A DNA stretch of 64,000 nt from Eledone cirrhosa (GCA_964016885.1 OZ024742.1:316696001-316760000), one strand, 5' to 3'; shown: positions 28,482 through 44,167, counted from the first letter of the stretch. Numbers and translations: made by a program. The notes: a model not told the origin generated them from the letters alone.

Positions 28482-29167
28482 ATCCAGGTCCAGCAAATGG
28501 AGAAAAAGTTTTAGAATAAATTTTAAATAATTCGCTGTACTTACTATATGTGCCTTTACCGCGGTTTCAAGTCCCAAAATAAACGGATAAACCAAGCGGA
28601 TTTCCATTGTGAAGGGAACTCTCTTCAGAAGGCTCTTCTCGCTCGGAGAATATAAAATTCCCGAGTTTAAATCACAAACTGACGCCATACAAAACTGTTT
28701 CCAGATGAGAGTGAATGATGAAAGAAACAATCTTGTCTAGTGCCGTTAATTGTCTGGCTTGTTAATTTATTAACCCGTCATAGAACCACATTGGCATACG
28801 GATGGATAATACTTGTATTTTTACACGTAGGAACACATACTTTATTATTATTAATCCCCCAAGTCTGAGATAACGCTTAGTCGTTTGAACTGCTGCTATT
28901 TCTAGTGGCAGGACATTGACCTGTCCACCCTGCCTTCTGTCTTTGCACACGGCACTAGACAAGATTGTTTCTTTCATCATTCACTCTCATCTGGGAACAG
29001 TTTTGTTTGGCGTCAGTTTGTGATTTAAACTCAGGAATTTTATATTCTCCGAGTGAGAAGAGCCTTCTGAAGAGAGTTCCCTTCTCAAAGGATTTCCGCT
29101 TGGGTTATCCGTTTATTTTGGGACTTGAAACCACGATAAAGGCACATATAGTAAGTACAGCGAATTT
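28482..29167. mobile_element. Head-to-head PLE 3'-end insertion with a hammerhead in each arm (28552-28633 minus, 29062-29143 plus)
   Basis: 28531-28746 is an inverted repeat of 28949-29167. GCCTT-CTGAAGA-GAGTTCC...GGGACTT-GAAA-CCGCGG-TA^AAGGC, intact in the left arm; (TA)n on both sides. Confidence 0.85.
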
Positions 29168-29168
29168 T

Positions 29169-29237
<69 letters not shown>

Positions 29238-29241
<4 letters not shown>

Positions 29242-32200
29242 GGATACTATTTATAGTTATGTATATTTTAAACTATAAACAGGGAAGGTCAGTAATTTAT
29301 TACTACCTTATTACCAATAAGATAAATAGCTCAATGTAAGAACATCAGTTGTTCTACAGAGCAGTTATATAGAATTCACAAGAATCAAAGCTATGTTCAA
29401 AACATTTATTCACTTACAATTGTTTCATCCAAACCTAGGCTTGGTTTCTTCGGAGCATTTTTTAATGCTTGTACATATAATTGACCTCCTATCCAACGCA
29501 AGAGACATACATATATATATATATATATTGATGTACAGTGGAGCGACATATATTATACTATACTATATTTGTATAGCAATTCAAATTTAAAATCAAAATT
29601 AAAATACATGCGGCAGATAACACAAATAATGCAAGAGAATAGTCCAATAATGAGATATATTAGATAGTGTATGCAAGTGTGTCTCATTTACATAAGAGTA
29701 TTGTGTGGCAAGGTATTACATGTAATACAAGCACTTTAAGCGGGTAAACAAGAGTATTATGGTGGTTGTAGTGGGAGGGTATTTTTTGTATAGATCAAAT
29801 TAGTGTGTGTGCAGAAAAAGAAAAAGAAAGTTATAGTTTTCACATCCATCACATATGTTACGATGTATTCGTATTGAATGTTTGATGTAGTAAAGAATTG
29901 TAACGTATTGAGGCTCAGTGTTATTTAATCCATATTTATAGAATAGGTTCTTTCTGCTGCGAAAATTTACAGCGGTTTATTATCCGGAACTAAGTATGCA
30001 ATTAAGGGGACTTAATGCCTAAGGGGAGGTAACTAGCTGATTCTCATAACTAAATTCATTGTTCTAACATACATTATATGGTGCCTCAATTGAGTCCCTT
30101 ATATAAAAGGTTATATATTTGTATTTAATTTTAAATACAGTCTACTCTAACATAATGTATTAAAGGTATGTATAGGAAGTTTATTACTCCTTGTTATGAA
30201 GCGCTATAATTGAATTTCCCACGCAAAGTGCTATATCTTTATATCAAATTCACTTTAAATACAGTCTACTCTCAAAACATATCGAAGGTCCAATTAGATT
30301 TTTGTCTACATAACCTTTGGTAAGCTATGGAGCAGCGTACGGCTGCTTGCATGATAAAATTAGATACATCTCTTGGGTAAACAAACTCATCCCCCATATA
30401 CAATGTCATTAATCTACCCATTAAGTTATAAATGCATATATAATTCATATATAATTCTTTGCACCACACTACATATAAGTTAGTCAAATCCCTTATGTTA
30501 ATAAATTAATCCTATATATATCCAATGTTATTACTTTATACATTTAATTACAAATGCATATATAATTCATTGTTGTGTCCAGTATTTAAAGTTTATATAA
30601 ACTGTATTATATTTCAATCCCTATATAATTATAAGAAATAAAAAGTAATTATATTAAAAGTTGGTGTTTATGGGGATATTTCTAGGGTATAAAGTTATAG
30701 ATAGATAGAATGTTTTGTGTCGAGGAAAGGGTGGATCAGAGAGTGTTGTGTAGTGGTGGAAGGCAAGCCCTTGAGGTGCAGTGTTAAAAGTGGTGATGAG
30801 TTCAAATCTGACATTGTTATATACTAGGTTTAAAGCTTTGGAAGGAGTGTCGGAAGCTGGCACGACGCAAACACTTCCGATTTTTTATTAAGGAGGTTAA
30901 GGTTCGAAAAGATTATAGTATGGGTCTCTAGTAGACAGAGGTTACAGAATTTATTAGGTGGTTTGTACGATGCCGCCCTACCTATCACTTCCCATTGAAG
31001 TGTATATAATCTATTCCTAGTTTTCAGATAGTGTATGTAGCTAGATAGTGAAGTGGAGTTGGCTAGATTGTGTTTTTTGAAAGAATGGAGATAAGAGTTG
31101 TATCTCGTTTTGAAGCAGTTCGAAGTAGAGCCTATATAAGTTTCAGAAGATTTGCTAGTTCTGACCGTGCACGAGTAAATGATGTCCTTGATTAAGCAGT
31201 TTTTACCTAAAGGGCAGGTTCTATTAGATCTACAGTTACATTTATTTTCGATGTTAACCTGTCGGTTGCTAGGTATTGCATTATGGCTATGAAGGTTGTC
31301 GCTCCTAAGGCTATTGATTTCATTAGTGTTATTACGATTATTACTATTGATATCAGGGTTTTTAGTTATTATGTTGTTTTGAAAGTTTTCCCCCAGCTGT
31401 GTTTTAGTTTGTTGAAAGTAAGTATTGATCTTTCTTTTATTGCTACTAGCTATGTGGTATGCTATGTTAGGCGTGGTAGAGTAGGATATTTTAACGGTGT
31501 TTTTATTTATAAGACTATGGTACTTGTGGCCAGATGGGAAGTTTTTATCCAGGATTGAGAAGAAAGCCTTAGATAGGTTGGTAGAGACGTTTAGATTGAA
31601 AAGGGTGGGGGGGGGGTTGAAAAATGTATTAGTTCTTCTTCTATTTTTGTTTTTTATATCTGTTGAGGTGTTTCCGTTTATAGTATTTTGGTGTCTTCTC
31701 TGGTGCGAGTTACGTTTGATGTTACCCTTCGTATTAGTGTGTGTGTGGTTATTACTCTTATTACTATTTTTCCTCATGGACATATTGTGAGAAATAATGT
31801 TGTAACTATGTGTTTTTATGGGTAGGAACTCAATCTCATTATTATGGCCTGATCTAGCTAATGCCTGATTATAGTATTGTGAATTTTTGCTAAATATGGT
31901 TTCGTCATAAGATAGATTAGAGATTCTATTGGATATTCCTTTTGTGATAGAGTTTAATATTGATCTAGGTTGGTTAGACTTGGTATCTACATAAATTAGT
32001 TTTTCGTTAGGTTTATGAAATGGTGTATATATTTTAGAGTCTAGGTAAAGGGTGGCATCAAAGAAGTTAACGTTTATAGTGTTTTTGTCTATGGTGATAC
32101 TTAGGTTATAGTTTTTGAAAGTTTTATGCAATAGTTTCCTAGTTCTTTCTATATTAAATTTGTTATAGTCTATAAGGAGTAGTGCATCATCGCGGTACAA

Positions 32201-32268
32201 ACCACCGTTGAGGTATGGTAGGTCCTTATAGATTTCATTTAGTAGGTATAGGCCCACCAAATCAGTGA

Positions 32269-32270
<2 letters not shown>
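29238..32270 (-). mobile_element. 5'-truncated Naiad-type PLE in (TA)n
   Basis: RT C-terminal half + EN, ~1.6-kb 3' UTR with HHR-like motif at 29411-29457 (GCT-CCGAAGA...GAAA-CAATTG-TA^AGT). Confidence 0.85.
30830..32270 (-). CDS. Partial Naiad-type RT + GIY-YIG endonuclease
   Basis: VTDLVG, GGLYRDDAL, FFNPP, KISYSTTPN, CNCRSNRTCPL, IIYSC..YIGST, FCNLCLLE, LLNKKSE. Confidence 0.85.
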
Positions 32271-32313
<43 letters not shown>

Positions 32314-32893
32314 GGAGAAAAGCTGAAGCTGCAAATAGCACGGAAAATATATTTAAGGGCCTGTTTTTCTTTTTTTAGCCTTTCTTTGATTCGTCAAAGT
32401 GACATCATTTAAAAGATAACGTTATTGGTAAAATGAGAGGGACAATTCTTTTTAAAAAAATGTTTTATAATATATATAGAGTATATAAAGTATTACTGGT
32501 TTCGATGTATTATCAAAATTCATCTTATCAAATGTTGAGTATTGAAATAAAAAATTAAAAAGAATTAATAGGAGTTAAAAACTAAAAATTAAAGATTTAA
32601 AATTAAAATCAAACGTTGGAGTAAATTTGTTTCCATCCTTCTGGCTTCAAATTTGACTGGAGAATGAATTCTTGTTAATAGAGAGGTGGTAGTGAAGATA
32701 GCATCAGCTGTGTTTCTTCACAGAACAAAGTTGTTTTTTGGAAACATCCTGTAAATGTGTGTGTGTATATCTGATTGGGTTAATTGACGGGTCAAGAGTT
32801 CAAAAGGCGATGGGGAAGTGTAAGCTAGAGGTAAGTTCTGTGGCAGCAGCAGGAGTGTAAGAGAAATTCTATTATTGGAATATGATTTTAGGG

Positions 32894-32927
<34 letters not shown>

Positions 32928-33039
32928 GTGTGAGGGTGTATATATAACAATACAAATACGTGTGTGTGTGTGTTTTTCAGCCTGTCTGTCACAGTCCCTT
33001 CAGCAATATAATAGTGTGTGTGTGGGGGGGGGGATATTA

Positions 33040-33880
33040 TGAGAGAGTAGACTGTATTTAAAATTAAATATCAATATTTAACATTTTGTATAAGGGATTC
33101 AATTGTGGCACTATAGAGCAACGAATTTTAATATTATAATGAGCTAGTTACCTCCCCTTACGCATTAGCTCCCCTTAATTCCATATCCACTTCCGGATAT
33201 TAAACCATTGAAAAATCTCGCTGTAGAACAACTCTAATCCATGAATATGAATACAGTAAGACCAAGTTACAATCCATTACTATAACTAACTAAAAACATT
33301 CAATACAAACATTAACTAAAATATAACATATGTAATGGATGGGAAATCTGTAACTTTCACATTCTACACATATACATATTTAAACTATAAAGAAACTGTC
33401 ATCGCATTACATCCTCCATAATACACTAACATATTCGCTTAAAGTACTTGTATTTTATGTAATACCTTGCCATACAGTACTCATATATGCCTAATACATT
33501 TGCTTGTTTCCTTCCCATATATATGACTAACGCATGTACAATCTCTACATGCTTCCTCAATGCTTCTTTAATTATTAGACTATTCTCGTGTATTATCTGT
33601 CGCATGTATTCCACTCTGTGCTTTTAATTTTAATTTTAATTTTAATCTTAATTTGAATTATTGTACAATTCTCGTATAATATATGCCGCATCCATTATAC
33701 CCTGTAAATACTAAACTGTTGTTCACAACATCAATATATATGTATCTATACCATTCTTCAGTTGAATAGGCGGTTAATTATATGTTCAAACATTGATAAT
33801 GTTCCGATGATTCCAAACTAAAGTTTGGAAGAAGCAATTGTAAGCGATTAAATGATTTAAACATAACTTTGGTACTTGTG

Positions 33881-33888
<8 letters not shown>
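33040..33888 (+). mobile_element. Diverged 3' UTR of a relative of the 29238-32270 element; decayed hammerhead at 33799-33846
   Basis: Colinear similarity to the reverse complement of ~29380-30150; CCGATGA-TTCCAAAC/GTTTGGAA-GAAG-CAATTG-TA; ends in (TA)n. Confidence 0.7.
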
Positions 33889-33935
<47 letters not shown>

Positions 33936-33952
33936 TGTGTGTGTTTGTGTGC

Positions 33953-34013
<61 letters not shown>

Positions 34014-34254
34014 TATATATGCGTGTGTGTATGTATGTGTGTGTGTATGTAGGTGTGTCCCCATGCTGATGTCTATGTTTGTTTATATGTGTCTGTTTTT
34101 CCCGTAGCCAAGTATGGCCCCTATCTAATAATTGAAACCAGAGAGGAATACAAAAGGATATGGGCAAGTCATGAAACTAGATGAAAATGTATATTCGGTT
34201 AATTTGGTATTTATTTCTATATGTTCTATAAACTCATGAAATTAATGTGAAAGT

Positions 34255-34485
34255 GATTGAGCAGCCACAGACACGTGTATCCCCAACGTAAATGTCAGAG
34301 AGTTCAGTTTGTCACAGAATGTGACAAGGCTGGCCCTCTGAACTACAGGAACAACTCATTTTGGAGATTTGGAGACCGAATTGAAGAATTTCAAACACTC
34401 AATCACAGGACTGGAGCAACGTGAAATAAAATGTTTTGCTCACGATTGTAAGCCGAATACGCTTACCACAAAGTCATGCGCCTTA
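34255..34485 (-). mobile_element. Degenerate second SINE family (possibly CORE-like); weaker relic at ~38220-38345
   Basis: GGACTGGAGCAACGTGAAATAAAATGTTTTGCTCA resembles the reverse of a TGAGCAAGACAC CORE-like segment; recognised from memory only. Confidence 0.45.
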
Positions 34486-34786
34486 TAACTAATATCAAGG
34501 TAATCGACATTTACACCGGAATTACGTCTCCCGCACACACCTTTTTAACATCATAGCCATCATTATCACGATTATTGTATGATTGGCAATAGCTGCTGTA
34601 ACAACATAGTTACAATTAACAATAACGATTCTAATTCGTGATTACTGAAATAAATTTGCAACGATGATAACATGACTACAATTTTGAAGCCAGTATTACC
34701 AAATAAGATTATATTAAAACTTTCATTTAAGCAATTCTTATCCATCTATCTATCTATCTACGTACACGCACGCACATATACACACA

Positions 34787-34948
<162 letters not shown>

Positions 34949-36581
34949 CACATGCAGACACATGCAAGTATTTAGGTACTGAAATCTTTAAATAACGAGG
35001 TATTTAAAATTATTACTTTGTAATAATTTGGAATAAGATAAAGATAAAGTAGGAGAAACTTTCGAGAGAAACTTTGTGATAAAACAAAATAAACAAAATT
35101 TAATATAATCATTGCATCATTTAAATCTTGATTATCCATTATTAATTGGAAAGAAAGCTTTTTATGAACGAATTTATAACGTGGTTCTAATAAAAGATCA
35201 ATATGATTATAGTGATTGGTATTGTAAGCTCTAAAATCTACAAAATCAACAAAACAAATATTTATATCAATAATTATTTCTGTAATGGTGGTAGATTATG
35301 GAAACCATATCGTGCTGTATGAAATATTTCGAATGACTTGCTCTGTCTCTTTGTGAGTGCACAAAATCACCAGATATGTACATAGTGCCAATATCTTGGC
35401 TAAGAAAATATTTTATATGAATTTATTGACCAAATGAAAAGATACTTCAATGAAAGGTCTCTGGGAGGATTATTATTTGAAGTGCGCAAATATAGCAAAG
35501 TTCATATAATACTTCAGTGAACGAATTCATTTAAACGAGTTCAATTACGGTTGTGTTAATTTGACCTCAGTAACAACTATAATACACCACAGTAAAATAT
35601 AAAACATGACATAGGATGTTTTCTCTGCTAACGTTAGAAAATTTATTAGAAAACATTCCAGTGTCTACATCTCGTGGAAAATTCATGAACGGAAGGCAAT
35701 TATGCTTAAAATATGCTAAATGACAGGAAACATTTAAAATCCAATGTAAAAATATTGAGATAGTCTTCTAGGAAATATAAATTACATAAATAGCTTAACG
35801 TAAATATAAAAAAGTTGTTTTAGGAAGCAGAAACTCGTAACAAACTATCTAAATAGAATATTTACACACTGCTGCTAGACGCTTCCTTATTCAGGAATAG
35901 AAATTTCATTTACTTCGGAAAATTTACTACACAGACTAAATGGGTTTCATATTTTATTTTGGTGTTATTACAATTATATTAGCCGGTAGAATTTTCTATA
36001 GAAGTAATCAATTCCGTGTGTTGTGAATTTGAATGATATTGCTAAAGATAGTGAATACATAAAGCAAGGCTTCAATTTCCAAAAATATGTCCGATTGCCT
36101 TTGTATATCATTCAGTCTATTTCTTACAATATGTTATTTTCTTTCTCGTCAGTTTCTTGTCCGTCTGTTAATATACTTTTCTTTCCATTTTTCGTTCTTT
36201 AGCTTATCTTTATGTAAGTCAATGATAAGCTATTTAGTTCATTCACAAGTAAAATATATAAAATCAGACAAGACATCATGGTACTTTTTTTTTTATCTCG
36301 ATTATTCCTGACCAGCAATGTCAATCTAAGAATGGTAACTTAACCTTCTTGATAGTAAATATGTAGAAATGTGAATTGTACATTGTTCCAATGTTAAATT
36401 ATAAAAAGCGCATAATTGAAGTGGAGAATCTAAAGCGAGATGAACCTCTATTCTCTACGAAGGATATATAAGTACATGGACATACATACAAAAGCATATA
36501 TATACATTTAGTTGTATAGACTATAGAATATCATTTCGAATATTTTTCTCTTTTCTCTCTCTACTAGCAAGTGAGACATAT

Positions 36582-36728
<147 letters not shown>

Positions 36729-36844
36729 TATGTATATATATACACATATATGTATACATATATGTGTGTGTGTGTACTAGATGTGCAAGGGTAATCGATG
36801 ATAAGAACGTCAGCCATATAAACATTTTCCAATCCCAAGAAGGA

Positions 36845-37330
36845 TCCATAGAAGTAGAAATGTTTGATAGATGCTACTACCTAGTTGACCTACTTAGCAG
36901 CGGGGAAGAGTGCTCCGAGAGAATAATAGCTAGGAGTATAGGATGGAAGAAGTTTAGAGAGTTACTCCAATTGTTGACTACAAAACGTTTCCCTCTACGT
37001 AGAAAAGGACGGTTGTATGACGCATGTGTACGAAGTGCTATGCTCATAATAGTGAAACATAGGCAGTCACTGCAGAAGACTTGCGTAGACCGGAGAGAAA
37101 TGAAGCAACCATGATTCGTTGGATGTGTAATTTAAATGTGATAGAACGGCAGAACTTGGATGATCTTGGGGAAAAACTAATTTTAATAGGAATCCGAATT
37201 GGTGTGAAAGAGAGAAGTCTGCGTTGGTATGGACTTGTGATGCGCATGGGTGATGACCGCTAGGTGAAGAAGTACCAGAAGTTCTCATCGGAAAGAAGCC
37301 GCAGTAGAGGTAAACCATGGAAGACCTGGG
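36845..37330 (+). pseudogene. RTE-like LINE ORF2 C-terminal relic
   Basis: YYLVDLLSSG..IGWKKFRELL..KGRLYDACVRSAML, then frameshifted ERNEATMIRWMCN..LRWYGLVMRM. Confidence 0.75.
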
Positions 37331-37461
37331 CGCTGGGTTGGCGAGGGTGTTTCCGAAATTGCTGAGACTCATTGAGGAGATGAAAATGTGTTCCAGCCGC
37401 AACAATCCCGTTTTTTTCACTTGTCAGAAACCTCAACTTCTAATATGTCTTTTATTTTAAT

Positions 37462-37646
37462 TGTTTCTACTTTAGGCACAAGGCCAGCAATTACCCAATG
37501 CATTACTGGTACTTTATTTTATCGACCCCGTAAGGATGAAAGGCAAAGTCAACCTCGGCGGGATTTGAACTCAGATCGTAAAGGGACGTAACTATGCTGG
37601 AAAGCATGGAGTCCGACCCTCTACCGATACTGCCAATCCACCGCCC
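37462..37646 (-). mobile_element. tRNA-derived SINE (short subtype) with TSD TTTTATTTTAAT
   Basis: A/B-box-like head, GCCTTTCATCCTTACGGGGTCGATAAAAT central (Meta-like) domain, 12-bp flanking duplication. Confidence 0.88.
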
Positions 37647-39031
37647 TTTTATTTTAATGATGGTAGTTTGTCATTTGTGATATATATTGCTAAGGTGTCA
37701 AGTAGCTAGAAAAACACCACATATGCTCCCTCATTGAATCCAATGCAGGTGAGTAGTGTTAAGAAAATTGTAATGTTTAAGTGATATGCTGTTTTCTGTT
37801 GGGTGCAATATGGTCACCAATTAGAGGGTCCTTCCTTTAAAGACGTGACGAATAACAAACAGAAACATTCTAAATATAAGAGATTACATACAAGACGATG
37901 TGATTGGTAAAGAAAATATTAGCTAATTTCATTTTTATTTTATTGTCTTACAACTAATTCAAGATTTTTCTTATTCAGTAACAAGGATTCAGGTAAGCTT
38001 TGATAAGGTTGCTTAACCTAGGGAAGGATATATTGAAAAAATAGTCTCATGTATACTAAAGGTCGATATAGTAATAACTCGAAGCATTATATTCATAGGT
38101 AGGATCATACCAAGATGGAACGGCAACTTCGAAAGTTAAAGTTTAGAGTTATAATTATTTTAAGTCCGAAGCTTATTCGGGTTTCAGGGACGTTAAGCAA
38201 ATTATATTAGAAGACTCCCTTCTAGACGAGACTCCAATCTGTTGCAGGGCTAACCAGCACTGATACTCATGTTTAGCTGAGTGAACTGGAAAAATGTAAA
38301 ACAAACTATGATCATAAGACCAACACCCTAACATTTATGTCATGCGCTTTCATAAAGCTTTGAATATTGCCTTATACTAATGTCTGCCGTCCTTTTTATT
38401 CCGATTAGATAGATAAAGCTTTGTGTTATTCCTAAACTCGATTGTGAATTTATATTAATCAAATATACATTGTATCTACTATAGGTTACCATATATTCCT
38501 GCTTTATTCCTCTTAGTGGAAGCAGATGTTATTAATAGTTATGGGTATCTATTTTTCTCTTATACTCTTTGAAGTGTCATTCTTCTTCTATATAATTTTC
38601 TTTTATTTGATTCATTAATTTGACTGCTCAGTAAAGGGCTTTACTGGTGCTTATTCTATCAAGATCAGATGAGCTAAATGCAAAGCCGACCTCAAAAGAC
38701 CGAACCAAATTGTGTAACGGAACTATTACCATTATATCTTATAGAAATGGTGTATGAATATAAAAAGAATCCTTCAGAATTGCGTTCTTGAAACAATATA
38801 TAAATATATCCGATTATAAGAGGATCTTTGTCAAATTAAAACCATAATAGAACTCATCAGAAAATAATATATATATATATATATATATATAATCAGATTA
38901 ATACATTAATGAGGTAAATATCACTATCGCAACGTCTATGAAGATATACTGTTTTAGCATTGTCAATGAAATCTCAATCGATTGGGAAACTGATCCGAAA
39001 GAGAAAGTGTATGTCATTTAATAGTAATCAT

Positions 39032-39220
39032 AATTTTTCTACTTTTGGCACAAAGCCAGCAAATTACCCAGTGTATTACTGGTACTTTATTTTATCGACC
39101 CCGTTAGGATGAAAGGCAAAGTTGACCTCGGCGGGATTTGAACTCAGAATGGAAAGGGCCGTAACTCTATGCGTCAAAGCATGACGTCCGACATCTACCG
39201 ATACTGCCAATCCACCGCCC
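39032..39220 (-). mobile_element. tRNA-derived SINE (short subtype)
   Basis: Same family; TTTAATAGTAAT duplicated on the flanks. Confidence 0.88.
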
Positions 39221-40077
39221 TTTAATAGTAATAGTAATCATAATGAGGTTATTTAACTAAGCTTGGAATAATACTGTGATAGGAATATTTGCACGAGGCA
39301 TTGTAGAGTGTGAAATTAAATTGCTTCAACAGCTGATAGAAACTGGTTGGTGTTTCTGACGTTCCGAGATATTGCGGTTAAACTTTAGATGTAATACAGC
39401 AATAATACATTATTTATAACCATTACTAATGATATCAAATTAATGATACCCATGTTTGCGTAAGCACGACACTAGTTTCATCATCGAGACGGATGATTGA
39501 TAATATTCAGATAAAACATTTCAAAAAACATTTAATCTTCCCATGATTTAACTAATTTTAATATTTTATCAATATTTCATATTCAATTGCACTAAGAAGT
39601 GAGAAGTAATGATCTCAACAACCCAAATCATTTAGTTTGATTTGTTACTATCGATACCCGAATTTATCGATGCCCGAATTTATTATAAAAACACTTTCAT
39701 AAACATTAAAGAATTAAAAAAATATATGAAGCTAATTAGATTTTTGTTGAATGAATGATTTTGAAAATTATACTGAAAAAACCCCCCCAAAAAACTAATA
39801 AATAAATAAAATCGATTCATGAGAATTATTTTCAATTAATTACTAACTTGGCTTTCTCTCACGTGATGAAATATTTATTTTCACACAAATAGTGAACAAA
39901 TTATACACTTCTATACCAACACCACGGAAACAAATTATGGTTTAACGGATTCTTTGTGATACTGATAAATGTGATATTGAGATCGAGAAGGAGAGGCAGT
40001 CGAAATGCTTATGAGGGGTGCTGAAGATAAAGTTGTGCGTGTGAATATGATAGTGATGGCTGCATATTGTCTTTCTA

Positions 40078-40296
40078 AGGGCGGCGGATTCGCAGTATCG
40101 GTAGAGTGTTGGACGCCATACTTTGCAGCATAGAGTTACGACCCTTTATTATCTGAGTTCAAATCCCGCCGAGGTTAACTTTGCCTTTCATCCTTACGAG
40201 GTCGATAAAATAAAGTACCAGTCACGAACTGGGTCGATTTAATCGACTTTCCCCTCCCCCAAAATTGCTGGCCTTGTGCCTATATAAGAAACCATT
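40078..40296 (+). mobile_element. tRNA-derived SINE (long subtype); a partial copy follows at 40317-40432
   Basis: Same family; ATATTGTCTTT flanking duplication. Confidence 0.88.
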
Positions 40297-42438
40297 ATAT
40301 TGTCTTTGTATTTGTTAGGGTGGTGAACATTTGATAGAACGTTGGACACCTTGCTTTGTGGCATAGAGTTACATCCCTTTACGTTCTGATTTCAAATCCT
40401 AACGCAGAGGTTAGTTTTGCCTTTCATTCTTACCATATTGATATTGTGTGCTAATGGTAATTTGGAAGTTGTAGAGGTATTGGATGATTGTTGCAGCGTT
40501 AATGTTTGTTATGTTTGTAGTATTAGGAATAATTTCATAGTTTTAACGCATCAGTTAATTGCTATCGCTGGTGATCACGTGGAATTCTTTCATGGTCCAG
40601 TGCTTCTGCTAGAAAAATACTATCGGGAAATAAGCAAAGAAATAGAATTCAAAAGTAACCAAAAAAATACAAAAAACAATATATAATTCAAAGGCGGCAA
40701 ACACAAACAAATTAGCAATTTGCAAAATACTATTCATTGGAACTTTATTTCAGATGAATTTCCTATTTAGTAATTTTATCAGTTGCAATTTCCTCATTAT
40801 AATTCCCATCATCATAACCATCAACATTTCTAGTTCAATTATCATTGGTAAGAGCCAACAGACTCATATTTAAGACATTCTTTCTCCTCATCACTACCAC
40901 ACCCGTTCACGTTCTCATGCGTGTAAACAAGGAAACCTCTACATGGTTATACAATCTGCTGACACAAAGAACCAAAACTCTCTCACGCAACATTGTAATG
41001 ACTTATAATAGATAGTATACTCCCGGGTATACAAGAATATGACATTGAAAAAGGACTGCTCTATATCTAGTGCTATACAACAAAAACAAACTCGTCACCA
41101 TTTTTATCCACAACATGCAGGCGTTTTTATTGCTCATTGTTCCTTCCCCTGCCTTTTGTTCCATCTCTCTCTTTCTCTCTCTCTCCCCTCTCCCTCTCTC
41201 ACTCTCTCTCTCTGAACATTATCAAACAACATCTTATTAGCTGTCTTTGAAGAACTTCACCAATTAACATATTGATATTTTTGTAATATAAGCAGTTCAG
41301 GCTTTTGTAGTTAAACTATACCAACGCTTGAGAGAATTATGCCTTTACATGTATTATTGAAATGGATTTAAAGAAGTGGATAATATGTTAATAAGCTGAC
41401 AGCTTTATCTTCCCTATACATTCTTCGATAACGTTTTGCATCCCACAATATCGCGGAGGGGCAATTTTCAATAATTTAGCCTCAGATCGGTATTGCCGCC
41501 ATGACGGTTTCCTATTTTTTCCAAGCAGTTGATTAAAGTGTCTAATATTTTCTTCTTTCATTGAAACAACCACGTAGATAATCTCTAGTTGACTCGAAAA
41601 TTGTGTTATTGAACGTTATCGACGTCTCAAAACAAAATTGTATTTCTCAGTCGCTCAAATGCAAATTTGAGATTGTGGTTAATATTTCTCCCCTTGCTGT
41701 ACCCTTTCTCCCTAACAGTAAACATCTCTTCCGTCTTTATTGTGTATTGATTAAAATGAGATTCACAGAAGACAAGCCAATTTCTTTTTTAATCCAACGG
41801 ACACTTCGCAGTGCATTGAATTGATGAACTCACTCAGAAATTTAAATTTTACGAAAGGGTTTCTTTCTCAGGCAAAACACTGCTGTTGAGGCAAAATAAA
41901 AAAAAACTCTATATCTAAGTAGAGTTAAACATATTTTATGTTGAGCCTAAAATTCTCAAAATACTTATGCACGGAGGTGAATGGAATATTAGGTGAATGT
42001 CTCATATTATTTTAAGAATTTCGTTGGTATATGAGACACCAATTTCCGTGTTATTGAACTTACTCAACGCTATATAAATATCACTGTACTTGCCAAATTA
42101 AAAATAGTGGCTGGAAATACAAAATAATTTTTGTGTTTGTAAGCAGTATAGCTAGTAGATTATGTCTGATAGAATTATAATATTATTGACGTAGATTGAT
42201 AATCTTATTACTTCAGGTCTAACCGATATAGACTGTTTAAGATACAACCAACTGTTTTCTCCGACAGATTACGTTAGTTTGCGATCATTCTCTAACATTG
42301 TTTCTAGAACTTTTCAAGAATTACTCCTCATTTGGCAATTAGTTGACGTGTTGTGTCTCACGCAGTTTCAATACAAAATCTATAACATACTGTATATATA
42401 TATATATATGTATATACATATATACACACAAACACATA

Positions 42439-42521
<83 letters not shown>

Positions 42522-42729
42522 TTAATATAGATGAGATTCTACAGGACTAGAACTGTTTCATTCTTTAGAAATCATCAGGAATCTGGGTATCAAAAAATAA
42601 ATATGGTATTTATAGGTCTCTACAAGTGGTAGGAGAGGGTGGGGAGTGGGATGGGTATAGGTCATTGGTTGATAGAAAAGGGAATTCATTAAAAGCTAAT
42701 TCTACAAAGCTATAGTTTATTTTTAAATA

Positions 42730-43176
42730 TGTAATTGCCTAAATAAGGAAGCATGCCCACTTGAAAACAAATGCCTGACAAATGATATCGTATACAAATG
42801 CGATGTCATCTCAGGCACCGAGGATTGCAAAAAAACTTACATCGGCATGACCTCCAACAACTTTAAGACCCGTTGGTATGCCCATACCCACTCCTTCAAA
42901 AGACCGGACAAATCAAATCAGACAACACTCGCCTCCTACGTTTGGGACCTCAAAAGGAACTCCACCCCCTTCATGCTTAAATGGAAAATACTCCAGAAAG
43001 CGCGCTCTTACAACGGAGGACACAAGGGCTGCGACCTTTGTATTTCAGAGAGCTACGAAATTTTATTCGCCAAGGATCCGCTACTGAACAAACTCTCTGA
43101 ACACTGCCCGAACTGCATGCACAAGAACTTTGCAACTTTCAAACACTTTAAGCCAGTGTTAAAGCCCGATGGCTAA
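42730..43176 (+). pseudogene. GIY-YIG endonuclease fragment of a Naiad-type PLE
   Basis: CNCLNKEACPL, IVYKC..TYIGMTSNNFKTRWYAH, GCDLCISE, LLNK..CMH. Confidence 0.85.
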
Positions 43177-43519
43177 AAACGACCTCCCCCTATTGGCCCC
43201 TATACCTCCTTCCCACCCTATCCACACCCCTCCTCAACCTGGAATACGGCCACTATGATTATGTGAGTACCTCTTTCCTATCTACATTTTCTGCCTGTAG
43301 AGGTGTTTTTATGTGCCTGCGTATATGCGTATATTTATTGAGTACTTATTTATTTGTATGTGTATATATTTGTGTGTATGTGTGTATATGTATGTGTATG
43401 TATGTGTATATATATATGTATGTGTATATATGTATGTATTTGTGTATATATATATATATATATATATGTGTATATATGTGTATGTATGTGTATGTGTATG
43501 TATGTATATGTGTATATGT

Positions 43520-43553
<34 letters not shown>

Positions 43554-43580
43554 ATGTGTGTGTGTGTGTGTATATATATA

Positions 43581-43662
<82 letters not shown>

Positions 43663-43856
43663 CGTGAGAGAGAGTGTGTGTATATATATTTGTGTGTGTA
43701 TGTGTGTATGCGAGTATATATATGTATATATGTGTGTATATATGCGTATATATGTTTGTATATATGTGTATATTTATGTATATGTCTGTGTATGTATGTG
43801 TATATATGTATATATATAGATATAGATATATATATATTTATATATATGCATGTGTA

Positions 43857-43889
<33 letters not shown>

Positions 43890-43938
43890 GTATATGTGTG
43901 TGTGTGTATATATGTGTGTGTATATGTATGTATGTATA

Positions 43939-44005
<67 letters not shown>

Positions 44006-44030
44006 ATATGTATATATGTATATATATTTG

Positions 44031-44062
<32 letters not shown>

Positions 44063-44167
44063 TGTGTGTATGTGTGTATGTATATGTGTGTGTGTGTATA
44101 TCTATATATTTGTGTATATATATTGTGTGTGTGTGTATGTGTATATATATGTGTATATGTATATTTG

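Noticed and set aside
41380-41900. Possible decayed hAT transposase (KGTARGEI-like motif, minus strand)
   Set aside because: A single weak motif amid many stops; it needs a blastx search to support.
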